The position numbers and the translations under genes are program-made. DNA of 64,000 bases from Thalia democratica (Eukaryota). This document shows, in pieces, positions 1 to 13,500 of this stretch. The DNA lies in assembly GCA_965202585.1 (NCBI GenBank), contig OZ241827.1, positions 55,986,001 to 56,050,000 on the forward strand. The letters are read 5' to 3'. The notes under the pieces are model-generated. The model was not told the DNA's origin. It worked only from the letters and a program-made list of their open reading frames with translations, and did not search any database. The stretch's first letter is position 1. Each line of letters starts with the position of its first letter.

Positions 1-524
1 AAAAATTAAAATCAAAAAGTGTTAGTATAAAAGATGAAAGTAAAAAAGTTTCATTTTGTTATCAACATAATATATATATAATGACAGACTAAAAACTACA
101 CTTTCGAAATATATCTGGGATTTGAAGGATAGAAATGAAGATTTTAGCATTAACTGGGAATTTTAGCACGAAAAAAAACAAACTCAATTTAAAACATGGC
201 TGCACTCTCTGCAATATGGAAAAACACAAGATCTCAAAATTAAACTTAAATCTAAATAAGCTCTAAATAAAAGAAAAGAACTTTTTAGTAATTGTAAACA
301 TTTTTCAAGCTTTTATTTTAAATAATTTTAACATTATGCAAACTAAATGTGTTTTACATTTTTTAATGATTTATTTAGTGACGTTACAATCCTTTACGTT
401 TTTGCTTAATTTCATGTACACTTTGACTTATGTTTTAAGATATTATCACAATAAACAAACTGAAGATCTTTTCTGTTTAACAGATTAGTGAAATAACTGT
501 ATTTCAAAACTTAGTGTTTTGATA

Positions 525-534
525 ATATATATAC

Positions 535-590
<56 letters not shown>
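525..590. repeat. (TA)n microsatellite; a second shorter (TA)n lies at about 722-742
   Basis: Direct reading of the TA dinucleotide run with two TACA interruptions. Confidence 0.95.
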
Positions 591-594
<4 letters not shown>

Positions 595-653
595 GTTTAT
601 TTAAAGATGTAAAACTCAAAGGACTCAAGTTTTACATCTTTAAATAAACCTTT
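591..653. repeat. Perfect 26-bp inverted repeat (hairpin) with 11-nt loop
   Basis: 591-616 aaaggtttatttaaagatgtaaaact is the exact reverse complement of 628-653 agttttacatctttaaataaaccttt. Confidence 0.95.
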
Positions 654-850
654 TTATTAATAAAGCCCTTATGGTGGGCTCAGTGTGAAAAATTTAATTT
701 ATTAAGTTAAATAACTTAATTCTATATATATATATATATATACATATTAATAGTTATTTTAGTACAAAAACCTTCATTATTATTACGTCATAATAATTAT
801 AAAATTTTCAAATTCTAAATTTATGTAAAACATTGTTAATAAACTTTAGC

Positions 851-904
851 TTTACTGATGAGAATATTAGGTTATATATCTCATATACGAAACGGTCGTA
901 TAAA
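851..904 (+). ncRNA. Type I hammerhead ribozyme motif
   Basis: TTTA-CTGATGA(855-861)-G..27 nt..C-GAAA(889-892)-CG-GT-CG-TA|TAAA. Conserved core, stem III ACG/CGT, GUA cleavage triplet ending at 900, 4-bp stem I TTTA/TAAA. Lies downstream of a PLE endonuclease remnant. Confidence 0.6.
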
Positions 905-1509
905 CCTATTGTTTTTTTATATAATCAAGTAAATAAATAAATATATACATACATATATGATTTGCTAGTTTTATAACACTCTAGGAAAAACAAAAACAAA
1001 GTATTTAAAATCTTAACAACATTTGTGTGTTAAAAGCTTTTATAAAACACAATAAATTATTGTAGATAATGTGGTTGGGCGAACTAATGTGAACTTAGAA
1101 TACATCCACAAAATAATTATTAATTAATGTGCGTACAAATTTTTTAAATACTTATAATAGATGCTAAACAGATGGAAGCTAATTACATTAAAAAACACGT
1201 GTCTTCCTGTTTTTAATTAGATATACAAAACAACTTTTGAAAACATCATTAACATACGTGTACCAATAACTCGTGGCAAATTTTTGTAGATGAAACGCTT
1301 TTAATTAAAGTTTATTAAAAATATCTTTGTGCAAAAATTTTTTTATAAAACCATCATTAACATACTTAAACCATAGAAATTTTTGGTTAGCTTTGTTTTT
1401 ACTTAATGTAAATTATTTTAAAAGTAATGTAACTTTAAAAAAGATAGTAATTGACCTTTCAAAAGAATTAAAATGACTTTCTATTAAAGCAAAGTAACAA
1501 AAAACCAAC

Positions 1510-4500
1510 TTGTTATCTGAAACGTTGAGAACCCTCAAATTTTGCAGGTTGCCGATGGAATCAGGTATTTTTTTCAGGTTGTTCTTGCTGATTTGCAGCA
1601 ACTGAAGACTAGTGCAACTTCCTATTTCGTCTGGAATTCTCTCCAAATTGTTCCTGTGAAGCAGCAGCGTCTGAAGATTCCTGTGAAAATGTGTTGGTTC
1701 ATATGCATGTTAGTTAACTTGTTGTAAACTCAGGTAGGAAAAAAAGGTTGTAAGAAAACTATTAAATGTTAATTTTTTAAATGAGCTTTTTATGTAATTT
1801 TAAACTTTAACTTGCGGCGTGTCACAGCTTTTTAGTATTGAAACACAAACATAAAACTCATTCTTAAAAGTTTTTGAAAAAAAGTTTGGTTTCTTTACTA
1901 AAAAAAATACTGTTTTATTTGAGTGCTTAATGTATTATAATACATACATTTTAATAATTTAATTATTAAAACGCACAGAAATAAATCTAATATTTACGTC
2001 ACTTCGACAAAACACCACACGATTATGTAAGTATTATTGACAGTAGGCATATTGCAATCATAATGCAGACATTTAATTTATTATTCAAAAGTCAGACTGT
2101 CTCTTTTTGTTTTTATTTAACTAAGCAGCTGTGAAAAGTTAAAACAATCTACTTGTGCTTTTAATTTAGTTGTAAATAAAAGAGACCATTAGTGTACAAA
2201 AACTCCCTTTGTTTTGATAGGTTTATTTGTTTAGTAGTAAACATTTACTACAGTTTAAACATTTATTATATGACTGTATCAATAAATAACGTTTTTAAAT
2301 GCTTAATCGAGCAATAAAACTAATTTCCTTTGTAGTTAAGCTTATTCTAGTTTTTATGCTGCTTAAGTAGTGGTTAAAAAATTTGACACATAAAACAAAA
2401 ACATTAAAACTTATTAATTTTTTAATACAAAGTACTTTAATATTTACTACAACAATTAAGAGTAAGTTTTTTGTTGTTATTGAGCTAAGGCTGCTAAAAA
2501 GTTTCAAAAATACTTGTATCAAAAAACTAACAAGTAGTTTAAAAAACAGACAAAATATAATATAAAATATAAATAATAAACTTGAGGTTTCCGATGGAGG
2601 CAGGAACCAGGTTGAGGTTGTTCTCAGAAATGTCGAGCTCCTGCAATTTCTTCAGCTTTCCTATTGAAGCGGGTACTTCTGACAGTTTGTTGTTGTTAAG
2701 AGTGAGATGTTCCAGCTGACTGCAGAACCCTGTTGGTTGTTTATTTCATTTTAAAATGTTACTACTCTGCAAAATCACGTATTTGTTTCTTTAATTTGTT
2801 TTTGTAACAAGCAAAAAGTTTTTAATATTACTTGTAGATTACTTTTTTTGTATCTAAAAGTAAAATTACAGTTGGAAATTTCTTCTTAAATTAAAAATTG
2901 TATTGCTTTTTACAATTCATAAAACAGAATACGACTTATTTTGTCAATAACTAAGAACAATCGTCAGTTTATTTTCATACTTCGAACTAATCTGAAGAGA
3001 AAATAGATTAAAACACTTGATGTACTCAAGCAGCTTAAAACTAAATTCGAAGTACTTAAAGAGTGCTTAAAATAACTAAATGCATATCAAATAACCTTAT
3101 TTAGCATAACTATTCAGTTGTAAAATTGTCTATTGAATGCTTAAGAATGAAATATTTTTAGAAGAATGTAAAAAATATGTTAGTTTAGTTTTAACAATAT
3201 TTGTTTTTGAATTGAACATGCAATTGAAAAGTTTGTCAACGAAATTTATAAGTCTGTATAAAATAAAAATTTGTTAAAAACCAAAACAGTAAACAAACAA
3301 AATGCAAACCAATGGTATCGGGAAGTTTAGTTATTTGATTTTCTGATAATATCAATGTTCTCAGGCTGGTCATTTGGCATATTTGTACTGGAATTGTGTC
3401 CAGAATGTTTTTACTTGCATCGAAATACCTGTTGAATTTTATAATCACATTCTTTAAATAGTTACATTTTATATAATTGTTCAAAAATATAGGTTTAATC
3501 GTTTGCTAACAAAAGATCCTAGTGAAATAACTTCACTGGAATATAAATAAAACAAATTGTACAGTAATCTTCCTTTATTGTACCAACATATGTTTCTGTG
3601 TGTTAACGAGTCAACACACTTCAACTGGGTTATCCTTTAACAGCCCAGAGTTATCCTTCCCATTTAACAACCCAGTTGAAGTGTGTTGATTCGTTAACAC
3701 ACAGAAACATATGTTGGTACAATAAAGGAAGATTACTGTTGAATTTGTTTTATTTTACATTTTATATATAACTTTACATAATACACAAAACAATATTGTT
3801 TTATATTGAAAAAGAACTTAAATTTTTCAAGTAAAAAAAAAGTTTAAAAACAGTTTTAAATACGAAACACAATTTAATAAATATTCGAACCTCATGCCAG
3901 TAAGACTCTGGATTCCACTTGATAATTGGCACAATTCATTGGAATCCACCCACAATTCTTGCAAGCTTCCCAGTGAACATATCACTTCTGGCTGTAAATA
4001 AATATAAATATACATGAGTATTATTTTTCAAAGATTTCTGCTGTAAGTAATTTTTCACTCTATTAGAGATATCCATTTATAATTCCGGAAATTAAAACAA
4101 ACACAAATCTAAAAACACATCAAGCTAAAAACTAAAGTGTATTTACATTAAAAAAATTAAAAAGCTTTGATTTAATCTTAATGTAAACCATCAAAGCTAA
4201 GTTCTAAGCAATTTACTTGACCTAATGGCGTTCAAAACGAGTTATACTTTTAATCAAAAGTCACGTTAACTTGTTTAAAAAACATATTAATTTAGTAAGA
4301 CGTTGCACTACAAAAAGTTAAACTATTATTCTGAAAAGTCTCGGAAAAAAGTATAACTTTTGTATACACAATACTAACTATTTATAAAGCAGTTTTATAG
4401 ATTATTCATGCATGGTACACATTAACAAAAAAAAATTTTCAAAAACTAACTTACTTGTATAGATTTCAGAAAAGATACAATATTTTTCAGTTTGGCACAA

Positions 4501-7500
4501 AAAAGCCATTTATTTAAAAATTAACACATTTACTCCAGTCAAATCAATCAACATTAACAGTATTGCCGCAGGTACAACACGTTGATCGATTAACTGCTGA
4601 TAAGTTTATTATTTACAAAGTCAACGCTTTGAACTAACGCATTCTCAACCATACAGGTCCAACAATTCATTATCAAGCAGTTGGCGAATAATAATAAAAC
4701 ATTAAGCTTGAAACAACACGATGAAAAAGTTGTATAAATCTGCAAAAACTAGCGCCGTGTGGCATTTAGAAAAACCGCAAAGTTTTTTGTTGTTTTTTTA
4801 AGCTTTTTATGGCTTCACTGCAAACTTGCTATATGCGACATTAATATATATATATACATATAGATTGTTTCGTATATTTTTTCCAAAGCCCATAGGTTTC
4901 ACAAACTTTCTCTAGAGTGTGTAATTTCAAAATTGCAGAAAAAAAAACATTTGCTTGTTTATGGTGTTTACATGCAAACATAGAAAGTGCATTTTTAACG
5001 TTTGTTTATTTTCTGTCGGAGCATGTTTAAATTTACAGCGACATACACTTATGTGAAATCAAACAAGCATATATTTATAGAAACCAAAACACAGTTTTTT
5101 CTCGACAAACAAATACAATGATGTGAAATGCAGTTAAATCTTTTTAAAAGTAATTTTTGGAGAAGTGATAAAAATACATAAATAAGCAGTTGCATAAATA
5201 ATAAAAATGAAGCATTGTACATAGATAAAACGAATGTTTTAAAGTGAATGCAAAAGTTCTACCTTCAACGAAAACTTTTATTCTACAGGTTATAAAAAAA
5301 GTTAACGTGTTTGCAATAACAAAATTAGAATAAGTCCTACAGTTTAATATAAAACGTATAAAAATACTTCCTAAATTAGCTTTCGTAAGTTTAACAACAA
5401 TTTATACTGTTGTAAAAAAAAAATAAGTCATGGACATTCTTTGTAGGTTTAATGTTTTATTTTCTACTTGATCTTTTACTACGGCTGTACTTAAACTTTT
5501 TGCATTATAATTACTCATTAATTTGTAAGTGAAGAACTAAAAAACTTCAACGTCTAATAAATTGCAACATTCCTAAAGTTATTTAAAAATTTTTACAACA
5601 ACAAACGTCTTATTAAATTTAATAATAATCATTGTATGTTAGTTATCACAACAACTGCTATTCTGTTCATCAATAACATTAGAAAAAATATAAAACAAGT
5701 CATAAAAACCTACAAAAAATTTAGACTAGCTCAATATTTTTGCTTGAAGAATTTTTAATTTGTCTTCAGCAAGAAAAAAACTTTGACTTATATAAAATTA
5801 AAACGCACTCATTCACAAATGTTTTTATTCATTTCGCTTATTAAACACAAAAATCTTAAATTAATAAAAATTTAATACACAATGCGCATTTGCAACCAAT
5901 GCGTGTGGTCAGATACTAAGACAACTATTAATCATAAAGAAACCATTCACATATATAAACATTCTATTTCATTATAATCCATGCGTGTTAGGTACTAAGG
6001 AGTTACAAGTAAAGTAAATATTTTAAATAGTTTTAGTAATTTAATTTTAAATAATTAAATTTCAAATAATTAAATACACAGCTTATACATTTCAATAAAC
6101 AAATTTCTGAATTGTTAAACATAAATAGTATCAATTTTTAAATATCAAAACAACTATCATTTTGACCCATTCGCAAACTTATTTGAAATGAGCTAAACTT
6201 ATAACTACAAATTAGTTTAAAATTTTGTAATGTAACAAGCACTTTTTCATGAATATCAAAAATATAACTCCAACGAAGACCGACCCATTCGCAAATATTG
6301 TTGCCGCCGCAGTCCAGCTTCTCCAGCCTGAGCAGCTGCCTCATGGACTTGGGCAGCCCCTGCAGCTGGTTGTCCCTGACCTCGAGCACCCGCAAGTTGG
6401 TCATCCTGCCGACGGTGGACGGGACGAACTCCAGGTAGCAGTCTATTATGTACAGGTGGGTGAGCGAGTTGACTTGCGTGATGCAGTCCGGAACCCTGCG
6501 GAAAGTATTAATAACATTGGTGTTTGATTAAATAAAAATGTTGTACTTGGGTTTGAAGTTGTAAAATAGAATGAGTAATGCTGTGGTGTGTTTTTCAATT
6601 AATAAAAAAATCTATCGCGTTTCATGTGGTTTTTAAATTTGTGCAACATGTAAGAGTATAAAGAATAAAGCGGTAGGATGGGAAGACTCTATTTGATTTC
6701 GATGGAAAGGTTAAAAGATTTAGATATTTTGATTTAATCAACACTATGGTGGAGTTAACTTAAAATTTGCAGCAGCAGCCGGTTTTTTCAAGAACGATGT
6801 CTACTTTTAGAGATATATTTAACCAAACTTTTACTTGGTAGCAATAATTATCATAACTACTAATCTCAATTTCCGCCTCAAAGTCAAATATATTTTTAGC
6901 TGAAAGTTTAATGCGCAAACTTTCACGGCTTGAAATATTTCGAATATCAGTAACGAAATGTGTTGTAGATAGTGCCTTCTTTCAACAGCTTTAAATCCGG
7001 GGATGAAATTATAATCCGCGATGATGTGTGACGTCACAATAGAACTGTCATCACAGAGAATGTGCTAATTTAAGATGTGATATAAGTTTAAAAAAGAATA
7101 GTTCAAATATTTCGAAGTAAAAATTTTTTAAAGGCTTAATAAAACTAAGTTTTCAAAAAGGTTTTATTTGAATTGTGTACAAAACTAAATAACAAAAATA
7201 CTTTAAATAACTGTTTTTAACAACAAACAGTTTAAAGTTAAAAAAAAAGTTATTTTTTGGTATTTAGTTTTATATTTACTTATGCCTCACTTTATTAAAA
7301 TATAATGTATTTTGTTATTTTTATGATTTATAAAAGTAGGAATACTTTTCAAATACATATCATGTATCTAAAATGTGTTATTAAAAACTGTTTATTTAAT
7401 CAAAACTAAAACGCAAATTTTGTTTATAAAACTTCAACTCGTAAAATTTATCACAAAACACCTTAAAAAAAGGTAAACTAGTATGGAGAGAAAAACTATT

Positions 7501-10500
7501 AAATTTTATAATTAAAACTAACTCTGTATCACCCTTGCAGATGTTAAGACTTATTTTCAAATAAAAAATTACTTAATCAAATATTTTTTTTTGAATCCAA
7601 TCGAAATAGCAGAAAGCTAAATCCGAGTAAGTAATCCATTTAAGATCTAGTCTAGTATTACTTAATTTGAGATGAGAAATGTTATGACTTATACGGATTT
7701 AATTGAATACTCATGCACCCCGTGATCGCTTGACCGGTGATGCGTTAATAATTTTTAACTTTGTTTAAAATTCTAGAAAGAAGTTGGCACAAATATTAAC
7801 TGAATCTTATCAGCTTGTGTTGAGTTATAGAAATAATGTGTTTTAAACATTTGACTGGAAAATAAAAAACTTAGTTCAGAAGATACTATGGCATTCAAAA
7901 TAAAAAATCAGTTTATTAATAAACTTTTAATATTGAAACTAACAGCTGTTGAAAATTTAGAAAAAAAAACAATTTATAAAAACTGCACCGCGTAGAAGCG
8001 ACATCAAAAGAAAAAAATTAAAAGTAATTTTTGGGATAAAGCGAGGTGAAAACAAAAGGTTGTTGAACAGCAAAACATCGATTGGAAATAATTTGATCAA
8101 TATTTGCCAAAACTTCACTCCCCTTGTTGAAAACACACAAGTTAAATGCCGCGTTGATTTCAAACAGGATTCAAATATTTTTAAACAAATTATTTTGAAT
8201 TTGATCGAACTATTTTTTTCTTATTATAAATTCGATGAAAATTTTGATAAACTTTACCATCAATGTTTTAATATTTCAAAAGTAATCAGTACAAACATTA
8301 ATAGAACTAAATAAAACCTTTCAAAGTTGTTGATGCTAGCGTCGAGACTGGTTAACTTCTTCAAGTGCTTTATACTTTCTGGTATGCTGGGTAACACTGC
8401 GAAATAATAAATATTAACAAATTACAAAAGTTTTCAAAGACTTGCTAAATAGATTTAATATTACAATACAATTTTTTAATCACAGAAGTAAACATTATCA
8501 TAAATCGTAAATATCGTTGTAAAGATCTACTGCAAATGTGAGAATCAGAAGCAGAAGTTGTTATTTTAAAAACTTGAGAGTAGTACTTGAAAAATCATAA
8601 CTAAAAACTCATATGAGACAAAAACGACTAATAAATCAACGAAAAAACATTAGTAAAACCCGTTAATCACGTTCCAATGTTAATGATTCTAAAAAAAAGT
8701 CTACTTAAGTTTTTAAACATTTTTTATCATTTGCTTTTGGCCTTACTTAAGCTATCATAATTTTACATTAGTCTACCTAGTAGGTTTAAGTTAAAGCTTT
8801 CGTTAAAACATAAACGTAGTTTGAAACAAAATGCAACACATTAGTATTCAATAATCTGTTCAACATTTACAACATAATACTTTCAAGCTTACTACAACTT
8901 CACATTTAAGTTTTCAAATTAACTTAAAATTTGTTATTCCAATTTTGAAAAAAACTATACATTAACAATATCTTAATGTATTATTTTAAATTAATAAAAG
9001 TGTAAAAATTATATTAAAAAGTAAGTGGTAAAAAATCAGAATGAAACACTACTTACATGAAAATGTGCTAAACAGAATAAAAATTACATACATTGAACAT
9101 TCAAGCTTGCGGCAAACCAGCAATAAGCACGGTGCACTTTAAACCGCACTTTAAGATGAATTATTAAAATTCACCAAACAACATAAACACATGAAAACCA
9201 ACTGTTTTTCGAAACATCCAGATGTTCGAGATTCGACAACTTCGCCAACTCGACGGGGATGTCCCTTATTTCGTTGTCGCTCACCGACAAAAACTCCAAC
9301 TTCGACAGTTCGAACAGCTCCTGTGGAAATATTTGCAAATTAAATGACACCGAATGTTATTTTGTTCAAAAATTGAGTGCCGATGCAATCAAGTATGGCC
9401 GCGGGCTAAAAATAAACATCAAACAAAAAACCAAAGATTCGTTTTCAAGTGGTTTTCGGCGAAATACCTGAAGATTACAACTACAAGTAAGCTAAAGAAG
9501 TAACAGTTACATTAAACAATGTATATTAAACGAAATTTTCCCACCAATACATTTTTTATAACTTGATTTTATTCATCTTATTATATCAATAACAATTTTG
9601 CATTTTTATGTTCAACTCAAGCGCGAGTTCGCTGGTGAATAACGCAAACAGTTATGACGTCACAGAAGCGAAGCAAAGTTGGCAGGTGAAGAGCAGCCTG
9701 TTGATCCCACGTAAACTTTAAACACATTTTCAACTCAGCTGCAAAAAGGTTTTCAGACGAAAAAAATAATAAAATCGGTTTTGTGAAAAATGTCTGGTTT
9801 TTTTGTTTGGAATTGTTTGCAGGTAGAACAAATTTTACTTTTTAGTTATAATTAATTATTTTTGTAGCTGTTTCGATTGACTAGTCTTACTTAAATTTCG
9901 TAACAAAGTCTATGGAACATTTGTTTTAAATTTATTGGTTGATAAAAAACTAAGCGTTTGTGTGATTTTTTTAATAAAATATAACTGTTTTACCCTTATT
10001 TAACTTAACACAATTAACGTAATTACATTTATCATTTTTCTCATATGGTTATAAAAAATGATCTTTCCAGAGTTTATGTTAAATTTTCGACCTTTTATGA
10101 TGTTTAATGAAAACAAACTACTTATGAACCTAAAATTTGATCAATTAGTTTTGTTTTATATTTTGTTTAAAAGTTCGAACTACAAGCTTTGGAAAGTTAT
10201 CAATAGTTTAATACTTTCAAGTAGACAAAACAAAACTTTATAACAAAGAGAAAAAAATTAATATGTGAAACTTTATTAAGTTGACCTTAAGACAGGTTAG
10301 CTCTGAGACTTAAATATGAACTTTAGAAGAAATTACTTTTTTTTTAAGTATTAAAAATTATCGGAAGTCAAATTAGTTTTTATGGTGATAATTTTTTTTT
10401 ATCAAATTTAAGGTAAAACAAAAATTAAACTCGGCATTATCATAAAAAGTTTATAAGTTTACTGAAAAAAAAACTAATTCAGTTCATTAACATTTCATAT

Positions 10501-13500
10501 ATGTCAAAAAACAGTTAAGAATTTGTTTAATGTTTCGATAAGTAGCAAGTTCAGTTATTTACCCAAATATTTTTAAGCAATTCTACTTATATATGGAAAA
10601 GTTACAATCGTTACTTTAAAATAAAAGAAAGCATTTCAATCAAATTAGAATTTATTGAAATCAAAATTAAGTAGTAACAAGAGTTATAACTCAATTTTGT
10701 TTGTGAGTGTTTATTTTATTGATAAAACAAAACAATTGAATTTAAAAATTCTCTAACTATAGTTAATAAAAACTTTAATTCTACCATTAGTTACAAAACA
10801 TACCGAACAATAAAAGTATTATGAATTTAAATTGATTAATATTTGTCTAACCAGGTCGCTTGTGAGACAACTAAATTCAAATTAAACGCGCGCTAGACAG
10901 CTCGGTAAATTTAAAACGAAAAATCAATATTTTTTATATGTAAAAATAAATATTTCATTTTAAATCAATGAAATTGTTTGTGGGCAATAAATTTTATCTA
11001 TAAAACTGCATATAGAAAATAAAAACGTTGTGTCAATCAATTCTAAAAAAATTCATTAAATTTTTAAATAAATAAATACTTTTGTTTATATTTAAACGAA
11101 TATAGATCAAAAGAAACTTGAGATTAAACTTAGTGTTACTACATGTTTATTTTAAAATATTACTAAGTTTACAGTTTTAGTAAGTACAAAATACTATGTT
11201 AAAACATAAACTTTTTTTTGCATTGACAATTATACAGACAAAATATTTTATCAAACACGGTTTGTTTAACTTCAATGTGTTTTTTATCACAAAGCAAATA
11301 CTTAAAAGTTTTGTAGACTAAAATAATAATACTTTTTAGTATAGAGAATTAAATTATATTATCAAGTTTATAACCTATTTATTATGGTCATTTTCAAAGG
11401 CTTCTTTAAAAAATTGTTGAATAGAACTTATTGTTAAAAGTTTACAATGTGAAAACAGTACTAAAAGTTATATTAATAAAAATAACATATAAAATTTTAT
11501 ACCAGAAGCTTTAAAAGTAATCAAAATTAAATTATTAAATATCATAATTTTATTTTACTCTGTTATTTTGATAACAGGTTTTAAAAACTGTTTACTTTAA
11601 AAATAAACAGTTTGTAGTACTTTTCATTTTTGTTTTTTTATCTCAAGAAACAAATATTACCTAAAAGTTTTATCGACTTTTTAATTTAAAAAAAGTAAAG
11701 CAATTCCTTAAAAAAAAATTACACACGCAAATCTGTTTATTTTTTTCTCATTCAAACAAAAGTGTGTTGAGAGAGTTTTTATGTAAATTCATTTTTACTG
11801 TGGTTTTTATAAGCAGGCAGTTTAATATTGCTATCTGCCACGATATACGTGCAGTAATACAATGTTTAAAAAAAATTATTTTAAGGCAAACGTAAACAAA
11901 AAAAATTTCAAAACAAAACTATTTTCTAAGAATATATATATATATTCTAATGCAATGAACAAAAATGACTTAAAACTTACTACTAACGTTAATTTTGTTT
12001 CATAAAACAAAATTTAGTTGAGTAGCAGATTAATGGCATAAATTGAAACATATTTTTTTTAATTGTAGTTTTATTTTTTAAAATTGAATCCTTTCTTACA
12101 AAAAAAATGTCTTTATAATTATGTTTACTAATTTAAATTTCAGACACATATTTGTTATACTTTTAAAAATATTAACTTTCTAAAAGTAGATATGATTCAA
12201 TTTTAAATTAGTTTTGTAAAAAAACTTAGCAAACTTTATTATGACAAGCCAACAAACTGAAAAATGATCAAAAGCTAAGAATATTTTTAACACTGGAAAA
12301 TAATCTTATCTACCGACACATTACAATCTAAGTGATAATACTGATAACAAAAAACTGGTAATTGATAAAATATTGCATAAGGTTGTACTGCGTGCACTGT
12401 TAAGATATAACTCAATAAAAACTTAGTAACTTGAAATTAAGATAAAATTCTTACTGCTATCTCGAACAAGACGATAACAATGGTGTTTTATTTTAAATTT
12501 GTTACTTAGTTTATTATATTTAAAAATATACTAAGGAAAAGCATATGTTGAATAAAACACACTCACTTACTTAAAATCTTTCAAACTCGATCACATTCTC
12601 ACCAGAATGACTGTATTTAAAAAAAATCAAACAAGATAGACATACTTTTTCACAAACTAACTTTAGATAGATGTGTCAGAGAGTTGGATTCGAGAAGTAA
12701 TTTTTTAACGACTTGTTTGTACTGATACACTTCATCAGGAATTTCTTCCAGGTTGGACGCGCACAAGTCTATTTCGCTCATTGTCGCGTCACTATACTCG
12801 CCTGCAAATTGTACTTTTTAAACTTTTTGTACGTATAAAAATAAAAATTATAATAACAATAACTAACTATTTAAGTGCTTTAACTTCTCTACAACTTATA
12901 TTTAACTAATTTTGATAGTATGATTACTGTAAAAACTAATTTTGAATTAAAATTACTTAGAGTTTTAAAAATGAATGATTTTATCGCTTTTAAAATTCAA
13001 ACTGCTTTAATTAAATTATGTTTTAGAACCTATTCAAAAGCATATTGCATTATCGATATTTCCTAAATACTAATTTCACTTTATTGTTTTTATTGATTCT
13101 TAGTCAAATAAGATGGCTTATAAAACATAACAAATTGATATTTTAAAGATACAGTATCAAAAGCTTACTAACATTTAGCTTCTAGACATTTACCAACAGT
13201 CTGTAACATACCTTTTCTATGTTAAAACAAAGTAAATGAAAAATAAACATTTCTATATTTATTGTATCTGCTTAAATAAAAACTCGCTTGCTGTTGAAGA
13301 TATGTAAACAAATATGTTTTTAATATTCCTCATCAATTGATCTTCACAATCGTTTGAACAATCTAATTAATTGCCAAAAACGTAATATCAATTGAAGTTT
13401 TACAAGTCAATGAGGTTCGTTTTAGACGATTTTCAGCAAGTTATATGCTCAGTAGTTCGATATAAAGATTGAACATTAGTGTTTCACGCTACTTTATATA

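Larger units (their letters stand above)
60..905 (+). mobile_element. Penelope-like retroelement 3' remnant (degenerate GIY-YIG endonuclease C-terminus plus 3' terminal region with hammerhead), antisense in an intron of the LRR gene
   Basis: Frameshifted translation of about 80-320 gives KTTLSKYIWDLKDRNEDFSINWE, then HGCTLCNMEKHKI, then LNKRKELFSNCKHF. This is the typical tail of PLE GIY-YIG domains (LSKYIW.LK...W.I...C.LC..EK..I...LNKR.EL...C.H). A hammerhead core follows at 855. Confidence 0.75.

Noticed and set aside
184-208. Good-looking acceptor (tgtgtttttccatattgcag at 209-210, minus strand) that would end the LRR protein with ECSHVLN*
   Set aside because: It lies in the antisense strand of the PLE endonuclease remnant and would delete the conserved last LRR and LAPSD. 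The true next exon is more likely outside the window.
9432-9467. Candidate 36-nt in-frame microexon (VFRRKPLENESL, cttcag / gttttt) in the LRR gene
   Set aside because: It would insert 12 residues inside an LRR, and such motifs arise easily by chance. No support without RNA data.
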